Shown piece by piece: positions 1 through 11,340 of a stretch of DNA of 64,000 bases. The position numbers and the translations under genes are program-made. The number at the start of each line of letters is the position of its first letter. The stretch's first letter is position 1. The notes beneath the pieces are model-generated. The model was not told where the DNA came from. It saw nothing but the letters and a program-made list of their open reading frames with translations, and searched no databases. This stretch comes from Tubulanus polymorphus (Eukaryota > Animalia > Nemertea), in NCBI RefSeq assembly GCF_964204645.1, contig NC_134025.1:11098001-11162000 (forward strand), read 5' to 3'.

Positions 1-1893
1 AACAGCGATCTCCGATACCGCGGACGCCACGCGCGCGCGTGCGTACAGACGATTCCGATAACCGACCGAAACGAATTTCTCGATCGCTATCACCGTCGGG
101 TCGGTTTTCGCTGCTAGCGCCGATGCCAGCCCGGCAGGTACCGGCTCTTATGCATAATTGATAACGAAGAGGGTATATTCGCCGGTGTTATAGTACGGAT
201 GATATGAATAACCGGCTGTGTACAAACGCCATTGATTACCTTCGTCGTCGTCGTATATCGATGAAGTCTGTCTGCCGCCCGACCATCAAATATACATGTG
301 TATTAGTTTTTTTAACGGACAATGGGAAAATATAGTAGTTTATAGAGAAACTGGCACTTCAGAACCGCCTTAAAAACATGGGCAACAACCCTTGATTTCG
401 GTGAATGAACAAAAGTACCTGCTCTATGGTAACCCCGCTCGATGCTCAATGGATCTATTACATCAGTATTTCCGCATCGAGAATACAATTCACCGAATCG
501 CCTTTGCAACACACGGCCAACACGACAATGGCTCTGTATATTCCATATCAAACTGAAGCATAATTTCACCCCAATCGACTATCTCACTGCAGTGCATTCT
601 GCATGATTGCTAGGACAATTCCTCAGTTCTCGGTGAGATTCAAGTCAAAAACATTGGACTTAAACTCGAGACTCAAACTCTATACATGTAGGCCTATACA
701 ACCACAAACTCAACTGAGGGAACCAGGTCCAGAAGTACAGAAAATACTCGAGGCTCATTTCTCAGTAAATCTAGACTCGCCCCTTTACACTCGATTGATA
801 AATCATGTGGTCAGCTATAAGGGTTCGGAGCATTCGAAATCTCAAATTCAAATTGCAGGGTATAGTCCGGAGCACGCCAGTCGGCACTACTCATCAAAGT
901 GGTACAATCGATCATTCATCAGTTTCTGTTTGGATACATGATTATGAATTGTATACATTTCAATTTAATTTCTTAGTCATCGAATTGAAACGATCTGTAT
1001 TTTGAATGTGTTTTGCGGTAATAAAGGTTGGTTTCATCGGTTTATATCCGCATAAACTTCTCTCTTGCCGACTGGAGAGTTCGTAGAGTCCGAATGTAGC
1101 AACGAAATAAACCGTCTGCGAGTGTCGAGTACGTAATTCAATAACCGACAATGGAAACGTCCATAGTTGGTTAACAGTTATTCTGAAAATATACCCTCCT
1201 AGCTTACAATGGCTGTCGAGGATAATTCTTCCGCGATATATAGATCCGTATGAAATTTCAATACCGATTATCAACGATCATTTTTTTATCGAAATCAATC
1301 GAGATTATTGACCATTATCGTGACGGGAAAGACAACCCGCTGCAGTTTGCGCGCGTGTACTCGTGTCTGTATGATGGCGTTCTATTGATTATGATATTTG
1401 ATATTCATTTATCTCTGATACGCTCTCACTGGATGTCCGGCCCAGTCGGCTGTGATTCTGTAATGACCACCGCGCGGATGGAAAAGCCAAATCCTCGAAT
1501 ACAGATTGATGTCTCAATGGACTGTGCATAAAAGCATAAGAGTCGACTTCAATATCTCTGCATGCATAAGACATACAAATGTTTCACCATGTCGTTATAT
1601 ATACATTTACAAAATGGTCTTATTATGAGTGTGAAAAACTGCATATACAAACGAAAAAAGGCATGTTGTAGGACAGGGGCGGATCCGAGGGGAGGGTGCA
1701 GGGAGTGTGTACCCCGTCCTAAATAAGTCAAGCTGCCCTGAAATTTTACGGGAAAATGAAAGTTTAGATTCATAAGCTTCTTCTCTGTTTTTCTGGAAAA
1801 TGAGGTAATGTTTTCCAATGATCAGGTATACCCTTTTAATCATATATGACCTATTTTGGGGGTGAATCCCTCCCCAAATTAGACCCTAGATCC

Positions 1894-2729
1894 CAAGGGC
1901 GGATCCAAGACTTCTGTGGGGGGTGGACAGGACAAAGTAAAGCACACCTTTTGAAGCGCCGAGCGCCGAAGGCGCGAAACCCAAAAGGGGTGTTCTTAAA
2001 TGTGTTTTGCGACATTTCAGAGGGTCCATTCTAGGAGAAAAAGAAGTCAATATTTAGACTGCATTTTGTAACCTTAGGGTCCAGGAAGGTGCCACAGATA
2101 GGGAAAAAATAAGCACATAAAATTTGAGTTTCATACACATCATCTATTTATTTATACTCTACTCTCGTAATTGCACAGTAATTTGTCAGGTTTTATTGCA
2201 TTTCCTTTCCTCTGATAAAATACTCAAATTTTAAAAAGTTTTCATCGTATATACGTGCCCTTTTTATCAACTTATCTGACATTGCACGTGCCCTTATTCC
2301 CGAAAAGATATAACCGAATATGCCTTTTTCACAGTTTTCATCGTATATACTCTATAAGATGTGCCCTTTTTATTAATTTCTCGGGCATTATAGGTGCCCC
2401 TATTTCAGAATAGGTGCCCTTCTCAAAGTTTTCATCGTATATACACTATAGGATGTGCCCTTTTTTATTAATTTCTCGGGCATTAAAGGTGCCCCTATTT
2501 CAGAATAGGTGCCCTTAGATATGACAGTACAGCATGAATGCCATTTTCAAAGGCAACGTCCTTGACTGCCGAATCGCGCATGTAAATATAGTCGTGTTCG
2601 AGTGATCGAGTGTTAAAAAATTTTCTTCTATTGATTTTTTTCTGACATTCCTGAAAGCCAGGAGGGCACTTTTGATTTTTCAAGGGGGTGGACTGGTCCA
2701 CCCGGTCCACCCCCCTAGATCCGCCCTTG
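1894..2729. mobile_element. Nested non-autonomous DNA transposon (836 bp) with TIRs and a 5-bp duplicated flank
   Basis: TIRs CAAGGGCGGATC (1894) and GATCCGCCCTTG (ends 2729). GATCC lies on both sides (1889-1893 and 2730-2734). No transposase ORF. Confidence 0.8.
2237..2516 (+). repeat. ~94-bp tandem repeat (about 3 units) inside the nested MITE
   Basis: AGTTTTCATCGTATATAC recurs at ~2237, 2333 and 2427; units 2 and 3 are nearly identical (GTGCCC-rich). Confidence 0.9.
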
Positions 2730-3287
2730 GATCCCCCTGAGGCCACACCATGTTTATCAAGAGTTTGGGTTACAATTTCATATTAATAAAGAAACTGTTG
2801 ATATAAGGCCTGAAGCCGAGGCCTTAGTGCAATTTAGTCGATGCAACCGGTCTTAGGAATAGGAGATATGATTGTTACTAGCATAAATGGAAAACTTTCC
2901 AAAATATCTACAACCTTACAATCTACAACCATTTCAACCATTACAACTATTTCATACTCGTTGCTACAACCGAATTATCGCCCGCTAATACAATCCCATC
3001 TGCTTTCACATGGAGACGAAATAGCCGGTCGAAAAATTTAAGGGATGATCGATCTTTCAAGTGGTTTCCGAGCGAATCCGGTCTAAGCGGATGTGAAATA
3101 AAACGACGACGGCAACGCGAAAATCATAAATACAAAAGAACTACAATAGACCGTGTCACAGATGCTTCATCGACGACCATTAATCTTTTCTCGTTCGCTT
3201 CGACGGACCATACATTTTTTCGAACATATCCGATTAGACATATCATACGCTTTGATATTCGCGGCGGTTCTACTGGAAGGCGATCGC

Positions 3288-3309
3288 CAGCAGCAGCAGC
3301 AGCAGCAGC
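3288..3309 (+). repeat. (CAG)7 microsatellite
   Basis: Seen directly. Confidence 0.95.
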
Positions 3310-3379
3310 CCCCGCGCGGTTTAAAAATACAACAAAATAAAGAAGAAGAAGCTCGGGCGACGGTGATGATGACGACGAT

Positions 3380-3570
3380 GATAACGCCGCCGGGAACTGA
3401 CACATTGTGCCGGACGCGCGCGACACAAAGACAAGTACTCAGATTACTAACCCAATCCGATCATATAGTGCGTGGACATTCAATCTAACTAATTGCTCGA
3501 CAATATTCTGAAAGTGAGAGAGAGAGAGAGTGCGGTACCGGCATACGCGTGCGCGACCTCGCCAATCTCT
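3380..3570 (-). promoter_or_regulatory. Candidate core promoter, minus strand
   Basis: Initiator-like TCAGTT on the minus strand (AACTGA 3395-3400), CCAAT words at ~3452 and ~3562, and a (GA)n tract at 3516-3529, all in a CpG-rich block. Confidence 0.3.
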
Positions 3571-3964
3571 CCGGCTAATACCTTTCAGCGGCCGCGATCG
3601 TCTACGGCGGCTATTGACTGGTCAATTATCTTAAGTTAGCGCCGCGTTAACCCGACTGACCCCGGCTGATCCGTATCAGACACTTTCTTATTCGGATCCA
3701 TACCTTGGAATCTCACCGAGGAGATACACCATCATTGATTGACAGATCGAATATCGCACACAAACGGGAAAACTTGCACGGTTCTACGGAAGCCATATTG
3801 AAAAAATCTATATGTTGAAATATTTCGTAGAAATGGTTGCCGTTTAAAAGCTTATTGTATCCAAGCCTAGAATGAACATTTTCTGGAGGTTGGCAGTTTT
3901 ATGTTGAAATGACAGTTTGTAGATATCCGTGGAAATAATCTACAATTCTATGGTATCTCAACAC

Positions 3965-4070
3965 ATTTCCCCGACTTTTCCCTGATCTTCAGCTTTAAAT
4001 TACAAAATTCCCTGACCATTACCCGACTTCTTTTAAAGAAAAGACAATTCCCAGGTAAGTGGCCATCCTG
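3965..4070. mobile_element. hAT-like MITE fragment (GTGGCCATCCTG terminus with CCCTGAC subterminal repeats), copy 1
   Basis: CCAGGTAAGTGGCCATCCTG (4051-4070) is identical to 9085-9104; TTCCCTGA-like motifs repeat upstream. Superfamily assignment is inferred from the terminus. Confidence 0.65.
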
Positions 4071-4983
4071 CCTTCACAGACACCTACACACGTCTGCGTT
4101 TTTCACCTTCGAAATAAGAAACTAGCGCACATTCTGAACCACGAACAATCAGGCAAGTAGGAGACATAGATAATCCATAAAATGTCAGTGCTCTCGTCGG
4201 GTTAAGGGCGAGTCGAGAGCCGGTGGAGGTAGGAGTATCCGTCACTTAGAACGATTACTACCTTTGAGACAAAGCGTCATTCATCGCCATCAAAGAAAAC
4301 GCAAGTATGCGGTACTGATTGAAAAGGACCAACGATCTTTCATTTCATTTTCGCGCGCGACACTCGACTTTTCAAGATGACCTACACCTCGTATTGAAGC
4401 CAGTTTTTTTTCTTTTTTAATTTCATGAAATTACTCTCTCGCTGAGTCACGGGAAACAACGACTCCCTCGTCGAAAATTACTTTTCACACTTTCATCATC
4501 GACGCCGACGACGACTGCCGTGAGGGACAAGGTCGACATCCGAATAAAACACACCCGTGATCCTTCGTCGTTGTCGTCCACGTCAACCGGACGAAGTCAA
4601 CGCGATCACGGCGTCAGCGGCATCTTCCGAAATCGGCATCGCGGCGGATTACGCATTTTACCCATAAATATTCGATGAGTCCATAAATATAACGGCGTGT
4701 AAATAAGAAACGCGTCAACACAGCCATTACGTAAAGGCTCGCCGGACTTTCTCTCGTGGCGCGTGACTGACGCCATCAACGACGACGCTTTGTTAGATAT
4801 AGATGACGAAATCGAGACGTTTAAGTTAAGGTAATGATTATGTCTATCGGCTTTACCGACGAGACAAAGGGATCTGTTTTACTTATCGACTCATTACTGA
4901 GCCGAACTAATGAAGTTAAATACATCCAGTTGACAGCGCTAGGGGCTTTGGAAAACTTGAACTTACGATAAGCCCCTAAGTCC

Positions 4984-5036
4984 AAGGCCCAGTTACAAGT
5001 CCAAACTGAGCAACGTGACTATGTAACTGGCCCTTG
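4984..5036. mobile_element. Short internally deleted Harbinger-like MITE
   Basis: AAGGCCCAGTTACA ... TGTAACTGGCCCTT inverted ends; the CGTGACTATGTAACTGGCCC end matches the termini of the 44861-44998 element. Confidence 0.55.
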
Positions 5037-5918
5037 AACATTGAAGGGAATATGGGCAATGCTACCAATCATATATAAAAAGGAATTCACACAAACAAAA
5101 GAGTATAGTATTTCTAAAGAGACAATTGGGCCAGCAGATAACTCGATTGGAAGATAAGTGGGTTTGATAGAGGGCACTACGGACCCTATGTGTCAAGAGC
5201 GGCATAACAGACGGTGCCCACACCTCATCGATTAACTGTATTTTCTGTCGAACGCGTTACATTTTCGAACATACGCACCTGTCCAGGTGGATTCGAACTC
5301 ACTTCGAATGCTCGCTATCGTGTCAAGGGGCAGCTCGATGCGAAACTGATTACACAGCCGTCGTTCTCGGTTATATACCTGTTAACAAGACGCAATACGA
5401 ACATATATTTTTTCGTTATCGACAACAAGACGCGATTGTATATAATCAGATATGCGACTGCTGTAGTGGCCAACGTGACCAGTGAATCTAAAGCCGACAT
5501 GAAAACACCCGCTCGTAAAACCCTCCGCGACGAAAAACTAAGACGACATCCTTTCATGTACAAATCCGGTTAGTCGACTGGAAGCCTTCCATGTGCCCTC
5601 CTCTCGGTAAATTGGTCAGCGAACGTGCACCGACGGCGGCGCCGATGAGTGGACATGAACTACACGAGTTGCACCTCGTTTCGCTAAGGTTTCGCCGAGA
5701 ACGCGCTCGATATCCCCTCCGTAAATTAGTAAGACTTTCCGACTTATCACAAAAGAAAACGTCGACATCGATAGCTACGGATTACAACAAATCAATCCGA
5801 CGTTTCGCGGACAAACAACTTTTTACTATCACAGGCAGTGACGCAGACCTATACGAGCTCAGTGACTCTCGCATTTAGTGTTTCAAACGCGACTATCCAA
5901 TACTGGAAATGATGACAG

Positions 5919-6296
5919 AAACAGGCTATAGGCGACAATGCAGTTCTCGGGCCCAGACTCGAACTCCAAAATTACCATGCTTTAGTTCTCATTGCATATT
6001 TGATATATTGTACGTATTTTGGCCCAATAGCTAAAGTTTGTGTTTGAACTTCAACCCTGTTCCTCAGTTATGAGGTCATCTTTAAGGTCATATTTCTGGA
6101 AAACAGCCTAGCTCTGCCACTAGGTAGCACACTGGGCCAATTCTTTGTACCGCACAATTAGACCCCCACACTAACATTATACCCAAGTTTCGTCTAGATC
6201 GACCCACTATTAACAAAGCTAAATAGCTGAAAGACAGACCCACAGACATACACACAGACAGACAGTACAAGAATCAGGAAGCTCGTGAACCAATAT
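5919..6296 (+). mobile_element. HINE/DINE-1-like non-autonomous Helentron-type element, copy 1
   Basis: Collinear with 18831-19200. It has an AACAGG start, a GTTCTCGGG subterminal repeat, a (GACA)n-like tract at 6233-6265 and a degenerate CTCGTGAACC 3' repeat. Confidence 0.75.
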
Positions 6297-6419
6297 ATTG
6301 TAGAGAAGTCAGCATTCACAATGAGTTTTCGCCCACATCAACGTGATAGGGACACTTTCCATTCTAGTATGACAACTACCCATCTCGTATTGAATTTCAC
6401 AACGCGTTTTTTCGCTGAA

Positions 6420-6462
6420 GGCCTTTTTCGAGATACGGCCTTTTTCGAGATACGGCCTTTTT
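6420..6462 (+). repeat. 17-bp tandem repeat (GGCCTTTTTCGAGATAC) x2.5
   Basis: Units start at 6420, 6437 and 6454. Confidence 0.9.
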
Positions 6463-7139
6463 TCTAACCCCAAAAATTTCGACACCCGATAAGCGATCAT
6501 TAGTATACGTAGACGACGATACTATTGGCGAAATCGAAGGCGAAATCTCGGGTAAAAAACGATGTGGGCGTGTGTGTCATGTATGTTCACTGTAGCGTAC
6601 GCGATAGCCATGGTGATTCCCCGCGTAACGCTACACTCAGTATCTTCATACGCAGGGCGTCAGTCCATTTCCAGGCCAATAATCTAATTGATTAATTTCA
6701 AATCTAATGTTTTTTTAGTCGACGCTCGTGTCCCCTTAAGAAAATACAATCAAGTGAGTCAGACCGGCGAAAGAACCGTCTGCTTTGATGAACTCGAAAC
6801 GTAATTAACTTTTGATAAAAAGTGACCAATGGGATGGGTACGAGCGCTTGTATGTATGCGCAATCGAGCGCACGCGGACGCGCTGTCGTTCACCCGTGTA
6901 GTTTAATAAAGTGAGTACCGCGCGAAAGCAATCTTGAATGAACAAATTGAAATTAATCAGTCTTTCCGGCGTGCGCGCGCGGAACTGGCGTGAGTCGCAG
7001 TGCAACGGCCTTGATGCACCTGATCGCGATGATGACATTGACGAATGGAAATGGATGGACGGATAGGGGGGGTAGCCGTGTGTCAGGCGGCATGGTCGAG
7101 ATGATTCAAAATTAATAGGAGGGGATATCATCTATAGTC

Positions 7140-7295
7140 GTGAACACATCAGCATTTTGGCCCACATGCGAGATTAAGCCTGGTCCAAGTTCACATGTTG
7201 TACAGTTCGATCAGGGCCAAATTTGGCTCAACCAAAATCGTCGCACCAGGCTCGTGCCAAATTTCAGCATTTGTCAAATCATTGTGTGTAAATGC
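7140..7295. mobile_element. Interspersed repeat/MITE family rich in GCCAAATTT motifs, copy 1
   Basis: Shares AGCATTTTGG, GTTCACA and GGGCCAAATTTGGC..AACCAAAA segments with 8813-8912 and 25327-25472. Confidence 0.6.
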
Positions 7296-8812
7296 TAACA
7301 CCTTGATATATGACAGCATTCTTCAATATCGAGTGAGTGATTTATGCGCGAACGCCCTCTCTAATTAGGCTTGGATCAAATTTGAGTTTGGTCCAACCCG
7401 GGGTCTATTTGACCAGAGCCAAATCTTCTTTGTATGATCGCGGCTTATGGTCAGGACTTGCGCTAAATTAATTTAATTTCTAATTTGAATTTTTAAATTT
7501 TTTTTGGGCTCTGAGTATAGGAAGCGTTTCATTCATTGAACGTGCTCCATCCAGTGCGTGTACGTATCATCCTTACCCCATGTCCAGATACCACCACCAC
7601 CGCGCTGATATTGACACAAAGACCCGACGTGACAGTCGGAAGATTGAGAGCTTTGAATTTGAACGTTTTTTTTTTTTCAAACGCCAGCAGAATTAATAAA
7701 TCCCGTCGAGTTACGACAAGGACACGCGGTACTCGGCGACTCGCGGCAATAACAACTGGCCGTATGACAAACAATCTCCGCACTTTAAACTTCATTTCGT
7801 AAAATTTGCTTTGCTGTTATGTCAGCTAGCGCTCGAAACGCATAAACCTCGGCCGAATTGCTGATTCAACCGGTAACGCCGCATGAAAAAGCGAAATTAA
7901 AATACCATTAAAATTTTATGATTTTCCGCATTCGTAGTTTCGCGCAGCCACGGCGAGGACTGCGACGACGACAACGACGTAACAGCGAAATTTACATCCG
8001 ATAAAAATAAATCCGTGCGTCCCAAAAAAAATCGCAAATTGACAGACTGAATGCATGCATGCGGCGCGCGCGCGCAGTCCATTGCTAGTTTTAAAATTTT
8101 AATAACAAAGGGTTGCAGCCGAATGCTTTATAGCCTCGTAAAGATGCGTACGACTAGAAATCTTGATTTCAAATCCGATTTCGCATGTCAAAACTGGTTA
8201 GCGACGTAATCACGACGACACGTAAAATGACCATACATAATGGACGAAAAGCAATTTAAGTTTTCAGCGCGCCGTCGAAACCTAAATTGAAATTTAAAGC
8301 CGTGTCCGTAGCCGTTGGAGCCCGGCGCGTGCGCGTATATTGAAAATCAGTTTTTATTTACGAGGTTATGGTTGCACTGCGCGCGTCGCGCTAGTTTTAA
8401 TACTATTACCGTTACGATACAGTGTACGTAATGAAGAAAAACAGATTCGCAAAAAGCCCCGTTGTCGTCGTCGCCATTTCGTTTAGGCAGGCGGCGAAAT
8501 TGATTCGCGAAATTTAAATTATTGATGACATAATGTGCACCGGCGATGAATTCCACGTTTCAAGAGATACTATCAATATTTGATATTTAGTTCGTTTTAA
8601 TCTGTTTTTTGTGCGTACGACTGCTGTGAATGAATCGTATGAATAGCATGAATGTCATCGAGTGTATGAAACCTGAAATCTCCCGATCGCGAACTAGACG
8701 GAGTAGGTTAGTTATCGATATAATCGGAAGGGCACCGTTTAACGACGCGCTACTGCAGCAAGTGATGGTTCCACTCGCAGTATAGTCGAGGGATCCACTA
8801 TACCCGCGATCA

Positions 8813-8912
8813 CATGAGCATTTTTGGAACAACTGTTCACACAGGTGCTAAATGGGCGTGTGCCTGTTTGGCCAGGGCCAAAATTTAGCACGGTCAAATT
8901 ATTGCATGTGAG
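8813..8912. mobile_element. GCCAAATTT-family repeat, copy 2
   Basis: CATGAGCATTTTTGG..AACAACTGTTCACACAGGTGC matches 25327 onwards. Confidence 0.65.
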
Positions 8913-8984
8913 GGATTTGAGTATGCATTGAGTGAGACAGACAGAAACTGTTACGATTATATGCGCAATCTAGCAATCTCAGTA

Positions 8985-9104
8985 AATTTCCGAGACTATA
9001 ATCTGATTTTTAGCTTTTTCTTACAGAATTCCCTGACTTTTAACTTCCTTTTTTTAAACATAATGCCCTGACTATCGACCCATTCCAGGTAAGTGGCCAT
9101 CCTG
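8985..9104. mobile_element. hAT-like MITE fragment, copy 2
   Basis: Same 20-bp terminus as 4051-4070, plus CCCTGAC repeats. Confidence 0.65.
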
Positions 9105-9690
9105 AAAAATAAACTACTCTGTTGGTAGCAATCACAGCAACAGCGCTTTGCACCCGACTGTCCAGTTATTTTACACATGCACAAACGTATACACTCTCTC
9201 ACACACATGCGGCCATTGATGTCATTATTACTGGCGTGCTATGACAAATTTCCCCTCGAGGAAACGACTGGAGTGGTCAATGACATACCATTACTGTTTG
9301 CAAGCACGCGATGATTGCCGCAAATCCCTGTTATTCATGGCCGACAGAATCATGTTAAATGGACAGTGATGAAACAGTCATTGGCCATCATTACTTAATA
9401 AGTAAATTGATGTCCGTTTGTTCAGCGAGGCTTCCATATTGAATGGAATCAGTCCGTTCAGCCATCGCCAGCGTGCAATCGTTAAGCTAGCCAGTACAAT
9501 TACGCGCAGACGGCTAGCGCGAAAAGCTGATTTTCAGACGCTTCCCACTGGTACTTAAGATTACTCAATTAATTCAAATTTTTCTTTTCTATAATCCGAG
9601 ACCCCGGGCGCACGCAGAAATGTAAGTTATCGTTCATGGATCAATCTTAATTCCGACACCGGTTTCATAGACCGGTTTCATCTCGAACTC

Positions 9691-9803
9691 CAGGCTCAGT
9701 TACTCAGTCAAGCTTAGATTGAGGACTAGGTTAAGCTAATTTTGGTTCTATATAGTCAATCTTACAATTGGGGACCGGTCTAAACTTATTTTGGTCTTAA
9801 GAT
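9691..9803. mobile_element. Degenerate copy of the 44861 Harbinger-like MITE family
   Basis: GCTTAGA, TTCTATA, GACCGGTCT and GGTCTTAAGAT segments resemble 44861-44998 and 21748-21815. Confidence 0.45.
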
Positions 9804-10249
9804 ACATCCAGCATCATAATACCAGTCCAATGATCTAAGACGTTTTATCAACGTTGTGCAACTAGGACTAGAAGTTATGTAAATTCACGAAGTTAACTGA
9901 ACAAACACCGGGTTTAAATCGAAATCCATCTAACGGATTTGAAAAATGATTCAAGATACTTCAAAATACTGTTAAGACTGTCCAAAAACACTGCCGTTAA
10001 AACCAACGGTAAACAGCAATGTTTTTCCAGCACGGCGTAAGCCTATTGCAATCCTGTTTCATTTTCAGGAGGAATTTAAGCCGTTGAAAGCGCCCGAGCC
10101 CACGTCTAAGGTGCTCGGCGAAGTAACGTTCGACGCGCTAACCGGATTTAAATTTTAATTTACGCGTCGTGTCCCTGGCGCGCTGATCGGCGAACCCTTT
10201 AAAGTCATATACAACGTCCGACATTCTTTACGCTGACACGTCTTAACCG

Positions 10250-10369
10250 GTTGCCATGGCAACTCACTGCCCCTTCGTATTTGGTGTTCAATTCATGTCT
10301 GATGAAAAATTTTATTTAATAAATCTCTAAAATATTCCAACGTGGCCTGAGCCCCGGTTGCCTGGTAAC
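10250..10369. promoter_or_regulatory. Pair of RFX X-box motifs
   Basis: Perfect palindromic GTTGCCATGGCAAC (10250-10263) and GTTGCCTGGTAAC (10357-10369); both match the RFX consensus. Confidence 0.65.
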
Positions 10370-10624
10370 CGGCTCGCACAGCCGACGGTAATACTGGTCA
10401 CTTGAGTCTAGCCTGCCGTTCGTGTGTGCGGATGTGTGTATGAGCGGATATGAAGAACGAAATCGCCTTAGAAGCGAATGAAAAATGATGTATATGAATT
10501 CAACCTCCCGTAATTTAAGGAGAATAAGAGGACAATTTATATGCTAAATCCGTTACCTATCGATTACGTTTTGTCCAGAAGTAATCACGGACGCCGCGTA
10601 CCTGAAGGCTAGTCGGAAGATCAG

Positions 10625-10693
10625 GCTGATTGGCTACGCGGATAAGCTGTCGTATGATTGGCGAACGCTTTAAGTTTCCCTACAGGCCAATCT
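10625..10693. promoter_or_regulatory. Three CCAAT (NF-Y-type) boxes spaced ~30 bp apart
   Basis: CTGATTGGCT (~10626), ATGATTGGCG (~10654) and GGCCAATCT (~10685). Confidence 0.5.
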
Positions 10694-10965
10694 CATCTTT
10701 GATTTATTACAATATTACATACATCGAGTCGGCGAGATGTGTCACTCCGTCATAATTGAGGCTTTGAACGACGAAAAAAATATAAAGATCGTCGCTCTAC
10801 GAGAGCGAGGAAAAAAGCCAGTTAGCGACGCGAGCCTGCCGGACTCGAGGCGCCATTGTCTTCTGCCGACTTCTCTTATATAATGCATCTTATACTTCCT
10901 CTATCGTGCGAGGAGGTACCGACTTCAAACCTATCCCGGTTTCCAAACTACCTTTTACCCCTTAC

Positions 10966-10987
10966 CCGCTTTAAAGATGAACGACAT
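10966..10987 (-). CDS. Candidate coding part of a first exon (MSFIFKA, phase 1); product unknown
   Basis: The minus strand reads GCC ATG TCG TTC ATC TTT AAA GCG G|GTAAG: good Kozak context and a consensus donor. No homology evidence. Confidence 0.25.
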
Positions 10988-11158
10988 GGCAGATGAAATA
11001 GTTTCAAGTATATAACAAACAAGAATATCTGGCTTCGCCGTTAAAAAACATGCCACGAAAAACCAGTCTTTCCATAAAATGAAGGATAACGAACCGCTCG
11101 GGCATTTAGGGAAATCTAATGATTTTGTTCTCTTGCAAAATACCAGCTTCATTCGTCA

Positions 11159-11340
11159 CTGGCGCCAGTTGCTCAAAAGTTGGTTAGAGTTAACCAGTGG
11201 ATAGTCGACATAGTGACAATTCGAAGTTCATTGTCACTTTGATATTTATCCACAGGGCCCGGTTCCACGGTCGTGATTTAAGAGTTAAGAGGAACTGGAC
11301 CCTGGTTATCTTTAACCAACTTAGGAGCAACTAGCCCCAG
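11159..11340. mobile_element. Harbinger/PIF-like MITE (GGGCCAGTTGCTCAAAA TIR) carrying a nested insert
   Basis: Aligns along its length to the reverse complement of 47699-47832 apart from a ~50-bp insertion; CWG trinucleotide flanks. Confidence 0.8.
11253..11304. mobile_element. Nested miniature of the GGGCCCGGTTCCACAG MITE family
   Basis: CAGGGCCCGGTTCC ... GGAACTGGACCCTG; same termini as 31493-31595 and 51679-51794. Confidence 0.75.

Larger units (their letters stand above)
1674..2739. mobile_element. Outer MITE of the CAGGGGCGGATC-TIR family, interrupted in its right TIR by a related element
   Basis: Left end CAGGGGCGGATCCG at 1674. The right end is split into CCCTAGATCC (1884-1893) and CCCTG (2735-2739), which rejoin to resemble the reverse complement of the left end. 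Confidence 0.65.

Noticed and set aside
3124-3488. Overlapping ORFs with poly-Q, poly-A or poly-C runs
   Set aside because: They arise from the (CAG)7 and (GAT/GAC)n low-complexity tracts; no recognisable domain.
4051-4060. Perfect splice donor CAG|GTAAGT (also at 9085-9094)
   Set aside because: It is part of a repeated MITE terminus, not evidence of an exon.
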